Positions 18,338 to 28,500 of a stretch of 64,000 nt of DNA are shown here, in pieces. The position numbers and the translations under genes were made by a program. The notes under the pieces were generated by a model. The model was not told where the DNA came from and did not search any database. It saw only the letters and a program-made list of their open reading frames with translations. Each line of letters opens with the position of its first letter. Position 1 is the first letter of the stretch. Location: positions 27,330 through 91,329 of the IMG/VR virus record IMGVR_UViG_2890766748_000002, one strand, 5' to 3'. This DNA is from a virus. Lineage: Duplodnaviria; Caudoviricetes.

Positions 18338-19135
18338 GTGCCTGCTGAAGGGAATAGTCCCTCTTTGTCTTCCGAAGAGGCTTTATCCAAACTCAATCCG
18401 AGACAGCGAAAGTTTGTCATCGCTTACTGCCATTGCTTTAATGCTACTGAAGCGGCCCGCATTTCGGGTTATTCGGAAAAGACTGCCTATTCCATTGGTT
18501 CTGAAAACCTGAGAAAACCTGAGATTAAGAAAGCAATCGAAGCTCTGTGTGAGGAACTTAGCATGAGTGCCGGCGAGGCCTTCAAACAACTCACCGACAT
18601 TGCCAAAACCCGGCTTCAGGATTACATGGTGATTCGACAGGTGGAGCGGGTACCCCGGGTCAAAAAGCCGTTGCAGGTTTTGATCGATGAGGTGCAGGCG
18701 ACTATCGATCTGGAAGAGGAATATGTTCAGGTTGCCGAACTGGACAAAGACGAACAGGACCGGCATGAAGCGTCCCAGAAAGACCGCAGAAATACCATCA
18801 TCCGCTACCAGCTGGAATTGGCCCGAAACCCGGATGCCTTCCGGATTGTCGCTGGCGAACCGCAGCTGGTCGATGAGGCAAGGGTCGATCTGGTGGCCTT
18901 GCAGAAAGCCAAAGGAGAGGGTAGAATCAAATCGTTGTCGTTTACCGAGTTTGGTCCCAAGGTTGAGCTGGAGTCCAGCTTCTCGGCAATTGACAAGATT
19001 TTGCACATCCACGGTCGCTACGTTACCAAGATGGTTCTCGACCCGGGGAAAGGCGCTGACCTGAAAGCCTGGACGAAAGACGACGTCGGTCAGTTCCTGG
19101 CCATGCTGCAGGAGGGGCGAACCGGTGACCATTAA
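18338..19135 (+). CDS. terS: Terminase small subunit
   Basis: LNPRQRKFV..NATEAARISGYSEKTAYSIGSENLRKPEI. Confidence 0.9.
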   Translation: MPAEGNSPSLSSEEALSKLNPRQRKFVIAYCHCFNATEAARISGYSEKTAYSIGSENLRKPEIKKAIEALCEELSMSAGEAFKQLTDIAKTRLQDYMVIRQVERVPRVKKPLQVLIDEVQATIDLEEEYVQVAELDKDEQDRHEASQKDRRNTIIRYQLELARNPDAFRIVAGEPQLVDEARVDLVALQKAKGEGRIKSLSFTEFGPKVELESSFSAIDKILHIHGRYVTKMVLDPGKGADLKAWTKDDVGQFLAMLQEGRTGDH

Positions 19136-20483
19136 CTTTCTGCCCGCTTCGATTTTCAAAGGCTATCCGGTACCGGATGGCTGTTTTGTTGTTCCTGACG
19201 TCTTCATTCCTCATCTGTTCGACAAATCTCCGGTTCAAATCTGGTATGGCAGCCGGTTTTCGGCCAAGAGCTACACGAAGGCGCAAGAGCTGATTGGCCG
19301 CTGCTGTGGTAAGGAGTACTTCCGGGGTATCTATGCGCGACAGAACCGGGAGGATGTAAAGAATAGCCAGTTTCAGCTATTCAAAGACACGATTAAAAAG
19401 CGGCCCTGGCTCGACCGGCAATTCGACGTTCGCGATTCGGATTATGTGATTGAGAACAAGATCACCGGCAACAAGTTGATTCCGGGATCATTCGACCAGC
19501 CGCAAAAGATCATGTCGATTGCCGATCCTACCGATATCTGGGTAGAGGAGCCGATCACCCGGAAAGGGGAAATCAAACGAACCGACTTCTTTGATATGTT
19601 CGGTTCGCTGCGGAATCCCTACGGCGTACAGCCACGGTTTCACTTTACGTTTAACCCGATATCCATTTACAGCTGGATATACACTGATTTCTTTGAAAAG
19701 AAGTCGATACCCAGTAACCGGGTGCTGGCCAATTACGACGATAACCCGTTCTGTCCGCAGTCGGCATTTGATTTCTTCTCCTGGCTTCAGGATGTCGATC
19801 CGGAGCGGTACCTGATCGATGCAAAAGGTAAGTGGGGTGTACCCAAACCGGACAACCCATACTTCCACAAACTCAATCCGGCCAAGCATTTCGCCAAGGT
19901 GCAGTACGATCCCAGGCTCCCGGTGTACCTGTCCTTCGACTTTAACGTCCGCAACAGCTGCATCGTCAGGCAAAAACAGGACGGCTCGCCGAAGTACCTC
20001 AAGGAGTTCTACATGGCCAGCGGTGCGGGATTCGATCTGGAAAGCCTGTGCCGGGAGATTGCGTTTCTGTATGGCAAAAACATGCTGATGTTTACCGGCG
20101 ACGGATCCGGCAACAGCCGCTCGGCGTACACCACCGGCAACATGTCGGCCTGGCAGCTCATCGAAGGCTACATGAAAAAGTACGGCGCGCCGTATACGGA
20201 CTGGAGTGCCGTACCTCGCTCCAATGTGGAAACCGATAACAGCCGGTTTATCTGTAATGCCCTCATCAATGAATTTAAGGATTTCACCATCGATCCGGAA
20301 GGTTGCCCGGTGCTGGTTTCGGATGTGTTGCGCATGAAAGCCGCCACCGATGGCAAGTTAGACAAGGCAGATTGTAACAAGCATGATTACGGTCACGTCG
20401 GTGACTGCCTGCGGTACGACCTCGCCAATTTCGAGTTCAGCACGTTTCAACGGCTCGGCAACGGGCTTCATAACTCTAATTAG
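19125..20483 (+). CDS. terL: Terminase large subunit (PBSX-like)
   Basis: Walker A GSRFSAKS, Walker B IWVEE, TFNP, nuclease SFDFN and HVGDCLRY. Confidence 0.92.
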   Translation: MTINFLPASIFKGYPVPDGCFVVPDVFIPHLFDKSPVQIWYGSRFSAKSYTKAQELIGRCCGKEYFRGIYARQNREDVKNSQFQLFKDTIKKRPWLDRQFDVRDSDYVIENKITGNKLIPGSFDQPQKIMSIADPTDIWVEEPITRKGEIKRTDFFDMFGSLRNPYGVQPRFHFTFNPISIYSWIYTDFFEKKSIPSNRVLANYDDNPFCPQSAFDFFSWLQDVDPERYLIDAKGKWGVPKPDNPYFHKLNPAKHFAKVQYDPRLPVYLSFDFNVRNSCIVRQKQDGSPKYLKEFYMASGAGFDLESLCREIAFLYGKNMLMFTGDGSGNSRSAYTTGNMSAWQLIEGYMKKYGAPYTDWSAVPRSNVETDNSRFICNALINEFKDFTIDPEGCPVLVSDVLRMKAATDGKLDKADCNKHDYGHVGDCLRYDLANFEFSTFQRLGNGLHNSN

Positions 20484-20515
20484 TACCCCCGCATCGGCGG
20501 TCCGACGTAATCTGT

Positions 20516-20776
20516 ATGAAAAAAGCTCTTCACAACCTGATTCAGTACCTGCTGCTGGCCATTGGCGTTCTGGCGGCTATTTCCAACATCGCTCACGAGC
20601 TGGGCGTCTGGTCGAAGGATTCCAGCGACTGGGTATTCTACCTCTGGATTCTGCTACCGCTGTGGGGAACCGTCGGCGTGGTAGATCTGCTGCTGGTGGC
20701 CTGGGCGATCGGCAAAGCATGGAGCGGGCTGGCGTCACTGTTAACCGGTTCCGAGGAGGAACGCTACTACCTATGA
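20516..20776 (+). CDS. Two-TM membrane protein
   Basis: Two hydrophobic segments; stop overlaps the LytTR start (ATGA). Confidence 0.7.
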   Translation: MKKALHNLIQYLLLAIGVLAAISNIAHELGVWSKDSSDWVFYLWILLPLWGTVGVVDLLLVAWAIGKAWSGLASLLTGSEEERYYL

Positions 20777-21081
20777 GATCACGTGACATCCTGCGGATGT
20801 ATAACCAGATCAGCCACATCACGGCCGACAGCAACTACAGCCGGGTGTACCTCACCGACGGTCGGATGTTCCTCTACGGCAAATTGCTGCTGCACTGGGA
20901 AGCCGAGCTTTCGGGTTTCAACTTCTTCCGGATTCACAAGTCTCACCTGGTCAATATGGATCATGTGAAGCTTGCGCCGGTTGAATTGGCGCAAAAGACC
21001 ATACGCATCCCGGTGAAAGGCGAATTGCTACCGGTTGCCCGGCGAATCAAACCTGCATTTTTAACCCATTTCAAATCATAG
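20773..21081 (+). CDS. Stand-alone LytTR DNA-binding protein
   Basis: ISHITADSNYSRVYL...FFRIHKSHLVNMDHV...LPVARR. Confidence 0.85.
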   Translation: MRSRDILRMYNQISHITADSNYSRVYLTDGRMFLYGKLLLHWEAELSGFNFFRIHKSHLVNMDHVKLAPVELAQKTIRIPVKGELLPVARRIKPAFLTHFKS

Positions 21082-21084
21082 CGT

Positions 21085-21768
21085 ATGGAAATTCTATCTG
21101 ATAAACTGACTGCCATTCAGTTCAATGGGCTGGATGATTACAACAGAATCTTTAAATGGATGTGGGATGAGGGTAACACCTACGCACTGGCTGGCGAGGT
21201 GCAGTACCGGCATCCAATTCTGTTACTGCCTGGACCTAAAGGCACAATGGCAGCTTCGCCGGGTGATTACGTCGTTCGGGACGAGAATGAAGGCGGTAAT
21301 TTCTTTGTATGCCGCCCGGATGAATTCGCTAGATTGACTCAGCCAATGACTGATGATCAGTTATCGGTTCTCGAACAGCTACGAAGCTACGATCCAGTGA
21401 GCGCAGAAGCGGTTGAAGAATTCCACCGACTGGCTAAGTCGACCAAAAACGAAGCCGCCAAAACCATCCTGAATTACCTCGTTTCTGGTTTCCTGTCGAC
21501 CGTCGATCAGGAGTTCACGCCCTGGCTGACGCCTTTTGACAAACCGGGTGACAATGCCGGGGTCATCAAAGGATATGGCAATGTTGGCGATATCGCTTAC
21601 GTCAAAGTTGACGGTGAGAAGTATGGCGTTTGGTACACCAACAACTTCATTTACCGCCTGCGGTTCCTGATGACTGGCAGACTGGCTGTTGGTTATCCGG
21701 TATCGGTTTTCGCGCACTGCATCCGGTTGGATGTAGAGGAAATGGGAATCATCATTAACGAAGGCTAA
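21085..21768 (+). CDS. Hypothetical phage protein
   Basis: N-terminal AIQFNG...ASPGDYVVRD..FFVCRPDEF pattern common in phages. Confidence 0.65.
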   Translation: MEILSDKLTAIQFNGLDDYNRIFKWMWDEGNTYALAGEVQYRHPILLLPGPKGTMAASPGDYVVRDENEGGNFFVCRPDEFARLTQPMTDDQLSVLEQLRSYDPVSAEAVEEFHRLAKSTKNEAAKTILNYLVSGFLSTVDQEFTPWLTPFDKPGDNAGVIKGYGNVGDIAYVKVDGEKYGVWYTNNFIYRLRFLMTGRLAVGYPVSVFAHCIRLDVEEMGIIINEG

Positions 21769-21769
21769 G

Positions 21770-22744
21770 ATGACAAACCCATTTAAAAAGCTCGTCGGCC
21801 TGAAAGGCATCGCCACTGCCGACAGCTACGTCAATGACCTGCCCGGTCTTTCGGTCGAGCTGGTCGATGCCCTGACCTCCGAATCTGACGATGAGGAGGA
21901 TGTGCCCGCGCTGGAGGTCTGGAACCGCATTCATAACGCGGCTTTCGACCGGCTGGAATCCGAGATCGTGGGTTGCCTGTCGGCGGATTCAACCTTCACC
22001 TCGCTGATTGCCCGTACCTGCGAGGTTGAGCCGATCGATGGGTTGCCAACAACGCCGGTTGCACAGTACGAAGGTGTGCATATCAGGACACCGACTTCGC
22101 CCAACAGCCGGGTACGGCTCATGAACCTGGTATTCATGGCCGAAATCAACGCAAACGTCACGGCAACGCTGATTGTAGCCGATACCCGGCGCGGTACGGT
22201 TTTGAAGCATCAGGAGGTAATCGTTGTTCCCGGTGTGAACATCATTCCGATCGGATATGATTACCCGCTACCGATACTGGAAACGCCCCAGCTGTTTGTG
22301 GGGATCAATGCGGAGGAACTGGCTTTTTTGCCCCTGTCACCCGCTACATGGAGCGTCACCTCGACCGCTTACCACATCGAACCGGCCTACTTTGCTGGTA
22401 TCACCACGTTGGGACTGGGCATTCCCAACTACTTCTACCTCGAAGCCGAACACCAGCGTACCATCACTTCCGTCATTCCACGGTTTGCAGATCAACTGCG
22501 GCTGGCCTACATGTACCTCTGCGGTTCGCTGCTGATGACTGAGAAGCTGGGTTCGGTCAACTTCAACCTGTTCACCAGCACCAACCGGGATTTCACCATC
22601 GAGCAGGAAGAGAAGCTGATGAAAGATTTCAAGTCGGCCGTCAAGCCGGTGGCTCGATTGATCAAACAGCACCTGCTGGCCAGCGGCAACCTGCAACGCG
22701 CATCGGATACCGAGTCAGGATACGAAGAGGGAAGCTATGTCTAA
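21770..22744 (+). CDS. Putative virion structural / head-tail connector protein
   Basis: 324 aa in the late operon; inferred from position. Confidence 0.5.
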   Translation: MTNPFKKLVGLKGIATADSYVNDLPGLSVELVDALTSESDDEEDVPALEVWNRIHNAAFDRLESEIVGCLSADSTFTSLIARTCEVEPIDGLPTTPVAQYEGVHIRTPTSPNSRVRLMNLVFMAEINANVTATLIVADTRRGTVLKHQEVIVVPGVNIIPIGYDYPLPILETPQLFVGINAEELAFLPLSPATWSVTSTAYHIEPAYFAGITTLGLGIPNYFYLEAEHQRTITSVIPRFADQLRLAYMYLCGSLLMTEKLGSVNFNLFTSTNRDFTIEQEEKLMKDFKSAVKPVARLIKQHLLASGNLQRASDTESGYEEGSYV

Positions 22745-23036
22745 CCTTAAAACGATAACCTACGACCTGGGAATCGACAATGTACCTCCCATCCCCGGTG
22801 AATACCTGGTGAGTGTTGGCAAGCGGGGGATAGGGTCAGTATGGTACATCAAAGAGGTTCGGAAAGTCAATTCCAAAGTTGTTCGGGACTATACCCGATA
22901 CGCTTTAAAGGTCATCCATACCCCCGAAATGAAGGAATTCACTGTGCTTGAAGGTGATATGTACGAAAGCTGGGTTTGGGTACGGGGGCAGGAAGCCCAT
23001 CCGTGCGTCTGGTATCCAAGAGGCAAAAAGTTATGA
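22737..23036 (+). CDS. Hypothetical protein
   Basis: Coupled ORF. Confidence 0.6.
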   Translation: MSNLKTITYDLGIDNVPPIPGEYLVSVGKRGIGSVWYIKEVRKVNSKVVRDYTRYALKVIHTPEMKEFTVLEGDMYESWVWVRGQEAHPCVWYPRGKKL

Positions 23037-23290
23037 TGGATGCAACGGATTTTGAGTCAAAAGGATTGGAGTTGCTGGTTTTCGCCGAGCAATTCAAGTG
23101 GATCTGCGTATCCAGTGATGGGCATTCGTGCCGGGTGTCATTCGTTGACGAAACCCGAATGATCAGGGTAGATATCTACACCTCAAAAATGACGGTTTGC
23201 ATGGTTCGGAAGGGCGAAAAGCCGAGGTATTTCAAGAATCAGACGCTAGATCAAATCAAGCAACTATTTAAAAACCCCTATACAAAATGA
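23033..23290 (+). CDS. Hypothetical protein
   Basis: ATGA-coupled ORF. Confidence 0.6.
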   Translation: MMDATDFESKGLELLVFAEQFKWICVSSDGHSCRVSFVDETRMIRVDIYTSKMTVCMVRKGEKPRYFKNQTLDQIKQLFKNPYTK

Positions 23291-23721
23291 CTGAAAGACG
23301 CCCTATAAATCATGCCAGGCCGACACGCATCATTGCCATTGATTTCGATGGAACCTGTGTTGGTCACGAATTCCCGCTGATCGGCAAAGAGGTGCCGTTT
23401 TGTGTCAATGTCTTGAAAAAGCTTGTAGAGGCTAATTGCGCTCTGATTCTTTTCACCATGCGCAGTGAAGAGCATTTGGTTCGGGCAGAGCAATGGTTCG
23501 CGGAACGTGAGATTCCGCTATGGGGGTCGAATGTGAACCCAGACCAGAAGTCGTGGACATTATCCCCCAAGGTTTATGCCCATGATTATATCGACGATGC
23601 GGCTTTCGGTTGTCCGTTGATTCACGATACCTCATTTGCGGAACGTCCATATGTGGATTGGCAAAAGGTAGATGAATACTATTCGCAGTTCGCCTGGTAT
23701 GGTATCAAACTAAATCCATAG
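23287..23721 (+). CDS. HAD-superfamily hydrolase
   Basis: IAIDFDGT, LFTMR, KVYA.DYIDD. Confidence 0.85.
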   Translation: MTERRPINHARPTRIIAIDFDGTCVGHEFPLIGKEVPFCVNVLKKLVEANCALILFTMRSEEHLVRAEQWFAEREIPLWGSNVNPDQKSWTLSPKVYAHDYIDDAAFGCPLIHDTSFAERPYVDWQKVDEYYSQFAWYGIKLNP

Positions 23722-23731
23722 GTGATCTGAC

Positions 23732-24202
23732 ATGTTCAACTTCGATTCCAACGCCGAAGAGGTCTTCGCCCGGTTGCAAAAGGTCGTTCAACGCGCCGAG
23801 GCTGGTTTAGGTACCAACCTGAAGATTTCAGCCCACGACGCACTGGCCCTCATCGCCAACCGGGTGCAGCAACGTGGTCAGAACGCTTCCGGTGCCCGGA
23901 TGCAGACGAAGGCGACGCTACGAAACGGCGTGTATTCGAAACGGCATTCCGCTCGTCGGTCGGCTCGCGGCCGTCAGGTCAACCACATCGACTTTACGTT
24001 GGAAGGCGACCTGTTTCGCAACTGGCAGCTGCTGAGAACCGAGCCAAAGGAGGTGATGATCGGGTTTCTGGCGGATGATGCCGCTGATCTGGCGGGATAT
24101 CTGGAGGAGTACTTCGGACCGGTGTTCAAGTTATCGCCGTCGGAAGAGAATCAGGTGATTGACGGATTTATTGACCGTGTAATTGAGGATATAATGCTTT
24201 AA
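23732..24202 (+). CDS. Putative neck / tail-completion protein
   Basis: Basic segment and DFTLEGDL; position. Confidence 0.55.
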   Translation: MFNFDSNAEEVFARLQKVVQRAEAGLGTNLKISAHDALALIANRVQQRGQNASGARMQTKATLRNGVYSKRHSARRSARGRQVNHIDFTLEGDLFRNWQLLRTEPKEVMIGFLADDAADLAGYLEEYFGPVFKLSPSEENQVIDGFIDRVIEDIML

Positions 24203-24206
24203 ACCC

Positions 24207-24743
24207 ATGATTCAGGAAACAATCGACGAAATCAACAGCCTGTTGCTGGCCTCCTTCAGCGAAGCGCAAAAGCTGAAAGACATCCAGCTGCACGGCGTGG
24301 CCATGCCGGTGCATGATCAACAGGCGAAAGGCGAGCGGCTGGTATTGCTGCTGGAAGAAAAACAACCGCGGCTGGTCCTCAACAACAAGTCGTTCTGGCA
24401 ATCGGCTCACCTGGTCAGCGGGGGCTACCCGGCGATCAGTTCCGATTACGGCACCTTCAAATCCCACACCTATGACATGTCGATGGTGCTCATCTGTTGC
24501 TGCAAACGGGCGTCGGGTCTTGCTCACGCACTGGCGGTACTGGAGAATGTCAGCAACATCCGGATCGAACGGTTTGAGAACAACACGCTGGACGTCCTTC
24601 GGAGTTTCTGGCGGCAACCGGTGAGCGACGAGAAGGGCTACGATCCGAACTGGTGGGCGATGGCCATCCGGTACCAGATCATTGGCGTCTCAGGTACCGA
24701 GTTCGCTGATTTCTACAACGTGTTAGACGAGGTAACTATATGA
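24207..24743 (+). CDS. Putative tail terminator-like protein
   Basis: Position and size. Confidence 0.45.
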   Translation: MIQETIDEINSLLLASFSEAQKLKDIQLHGVAMPVHDQQAKGERLVLLLEEKQPRLVLNNKSFWQSAHLVSGGYPAISSDYGTFKSHTYDMSMVLICCCKRASGLAHALAVLENVSNIRIERFENNTLDVLRSFWRQPVSDEKGYDPNWWAMAIRYQIIGVSGTEFADFYNVLDEVTI

Positions 24744-25539
24744 TTAAAGCTTTTCAAGACGCACTCGAAGCCGGTCACATCGAACCGGCAGTACTGCCGG
24801 ACGGCAAGCCGTTTGTAATCAATGGGGTGCAGTACTATCAGGCGACCGATGGCGGGATCAACATGGCCATGGGCCGGTTTCATTCGTTTGGTGACACTTT
24901 ACGCAAACACGACAGCCTGAAGCTAAGCGATGAGGTGCTAACCACCGCGCTGGATACGATGTATGACCAGCTGCGCACGGCCAGTGCCCAGATCGGCTTG
25001 GACCCCGAACAGGCTCAGGACAACATCCGCTACGCCCTGACGACCATCGAGCGCATTAAACAGCGCCGGGAGTTCGGGTTGGATGTCACCCAGGTGTATG
25101 ACATCGCTTCGATCTTCTTTTTCAGTGAGAAGGAAGATCCGGCGTCCGTCGATCCGGCGACCAACCGGGCGAAGATCATCAGCTGGATGCCCTATCCGTG
25201 GCTTTATCGTTTTTTTTTGAGCATGCCGCTGGGCCAATACGTACCCTTGCAGCAGCTTGCCGCCGTCGATACCCTGACGTTTATGAGCAATCTGAATCTA
25301 CAGGAGTATCTGGATTGGAAAATAACCCTGTTGAAGTCCTCTGCGCATGGATTGATGCCCGCTACGATATCCACTATAAAATCGCGGATGGAGACCCTGC
25401 AAAACTCGGATGGCTTGATCGATGCACTGTTGAACAGTACCACAACTACGCAGCCGCCTGGATCCGGGAGCAACGGCGAAAAGCAGCCGAATTAGAACGC
25501 CTTACCGCCAAAAGCAAACAACCTACACTTGAAGAGTAA
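24740..25539 (+). CDS. Tail assembly chaperone pair (0-frame 24740-25495; -1 frame open to 25539)
   Basis: T9 run 25210-25218 (T TTT TTT heptamer); -1 frame encodes gpT-like W..YKIADGD..K; lies directly before the TMP. Confidence 0.6.
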
Positions 25540-25581
25540 CCCAGAATCGGACATTCAAACCACTACTTACCGTAACTCGTA

Positions 25582-28500
25582 ATGTCCGTACGTGAAGAGA
25601 ATATCAGACTCCGCATTCAGGCCAGCTCTGAACTGCCGGTGGTCAATGATCAGTTCAACGAACTGCTCAAATTGTCGCGCCTGGTTGCGCAGCAAATCGC
25701 TATCCAGACCGGCGAGATGCGCGCTCAGTCCGAATCGCAAATCAAGGCGATCGGCGGTGTTACCGATGCGCTGAAGTCCCAGCGCGCGACTGTGCAGCAA
25801 CACGATACCGACGTTAAAAATGCCGGGAAATCCTACGATGATCTGGGTAAGCAAGTTCGGAACTTCGCAACACTGGTTGGCACCGCCTTCACCCTCAACG
25901 AGATTAAAAGTTTTGGCATGGAAGTCATCGACGCCAAAACAAAGATTGATTCTTTAAAAATCGCGCTGGATGTCATGCTCGGTTCGAAAAAGGAATCCAC
26001 AGCCCTATTTAATGACATCGTTGCTCTGGCCAAAAAGACGCCGTTTACGCTGGATGAGGTTGCGGAGAATGTCGTCAAATTAAAGGCCTACAATATTTCC
26101 ACCAAAGACCTTATACCTACCGTCGAAGCCCTTGGGAACATGGCTGCGGCTGTCGGAAAGGAAAAATTGCCTCAACTTACGCTGGCATATGGTCAGGTAA
26201 TGAACATGGGTAAACTCATGGGAACCGAAACCCGTCAATTCGTGGAGGCTGGCATTCCTTTATATGACCTTTTGGCCGATTCGATGAAAAAGCCGAAGGA
26301 CGAAGTAATCAAACTCGCTCAGGCTCATAAAATCATGGCATCCGATGTGCAAAAGGCAGTGATGGAAACGTCGGAGGTTGGAGGTCGGTTCTATAACATG
26401 ATGGGGTTGCAGAGCAAGACTCTGGGCGGCCAGGTTTCCAATTTGTCAGATACTTTTTTTATTGCCAAAGCTCGAATCGGCGACTTTTTTGAGGATGAGT
26501 TAAAGGCTGGTATTAAAACCACAGGGGACCTGATAACGGCTTTGATTGGTTCGGATAATGCGATTAAGAGAACGGTAACAAGCATATCCGCTATCATTTC
26601 CGCATTTACGACATGGCGTTTGGCCACGATCGCCCAGAATACCGCGTCCACTGCTTTAAATGTTGTCAAGGCAACAGCTCAGGTGGTCTATGGGGCTTAT
26701 TTGCTGGTTGTCCAACGAGTAACGACCCAACAAAACACCCTGACCGCAGCGCAACTTGCCGCTACCACGGCGACACGTGGATTGTGGGCTGCACTTTCCG
26801 CTAATCCGCTCGGTTTGATTGTTTCAATCATCGGTACGGTTATAACCGGTATTCTGGCACTTGATGCGGCTACGCAGGATGTAACCGCTACGATGGGCGA
26901 GATGGAGTATCAGGTTAAAAAGGAGCAATCCGAATTGATGGGTCTGGCTCAGCGGGCTATGTCAGCCGCTGAAGGAACATCACTTCGGAAAGAGGCCCTT
27001 GAAATGTTGATTGCCAAATATCCCGAATATTTCCGGGGCCTGGATTCGGAGAAGACCAGCAACAGCCAGCTTAAAAAGATTCTGGATCAGGTCAATATCA
27101 GCTATCAGGAACGGATCGACCTCGCACGCGATGCCTACAAAGTCGAATCGCTGACCGCCAAACAGCGTGAGCTATTTGAGAAAGAAGCGGCCTTGATTGC
27201 CAAATTGCCGCAGGATGTTCAGAACATGATCGGGGGGAGCCTAAAAAATCTCATCGAAATGTGGCAAAAGGGCATGATTCAAGGTTCTGAGGCATTCCGA
27301 AATGAAAGCCGGGACTTGATGGACAAGGTTTTCGGACTCAACCGACAGATATCGCTGGAAACAATCAACGAAATCATTAATGGTCAGCAGAAAGTTCAAC
27401 TTGAACTCGGTAAGTCGGGCGAAAAAATCAAGTCTCAGAAAGATAAGGAGCGAATTGCGGAAACAGGGGCAATCAACGCACATTACGAGGTATTGCGACA
27501 ACAAGCTGACGGTAATTCGAAAGAGATTATCCGTCTTAATGCAGCCGAAAAGATCGAGATCGCAAAGGCGAATGGTACCTACCGTGAAAAAGAGCGGGTA
27601 GCAAGTGAGGATGATGATAAAAATAAAAAAATACGGGTTTCGCAAACCGAAATTGATATTCGTAAACTAAAGGAGAAAGAGGGAGAACTTACCCTCGAAG
27701 ATAAGAAGAGGCTACTCGACCTTGAAGAGAAGCTGGACATTGAAAATATCCAGAAATCAAAGCTAAATCTAATTGCCAAGCAAAAGGCAGTTGAGGTTGT
27801 GATAGCTGAGTATGCTCCCCGAAAAGCCGCTCTCGAAATAGAGTTCGAAGCCAAAAAGAACGAAGGGTTAATTGAAAAAGAAAAGGAGCTTCAAAATCAG
27901 ATTGAAGTCCTTACTGCTCAACGACTGGAAGCGGAGCGGATTCTTGTCAAGTTGCAAACCGCTAATACCGAAGAAGAGCGCCGGGCGGTAATCGCCGAAT
28001 TCGGGAAGAAAATAACTGATGATGTCAAAGCGCAGGCCGTAGAACGACTTAAGGCTCAGCGTGATGCTTCCTTGTCCGAGTTGGATGTGATTTTTGCGAA
28101 TCAGGGATTAAAGAGCGAGGCCTACCACAAAGCCTACATAAAATACCTTGAAGATGATAAGCAGTACCAAACTGCTTTACTGAATCAGACCAAAGAAGCG
28201 GGTCAGTCCACGATTCAGGTAATGTCTGAAACCGAGAAAAAGATTCAGGCACTCCAGAAAGAAACCGCTGAGATCGAAAAGGAAAATATCGAAAAAGGCC
28301 GTCGATATAGACAGGAGGCCATTCAGGGCATTGTATCGCTGCTGGGTAATGTAAACCCTGTTGTTTCCCAATTCGCAAACGGGATACTGTCGGTAATGAA
28401 CAACATGGATTTGTTGTCGGGGAAAAGCAGGGAAGAGGCCGAAACCAGGGTGAATGACCTTAAGCAAACATTGGCTTCGCTCGAAATACTACGGAGTGAG

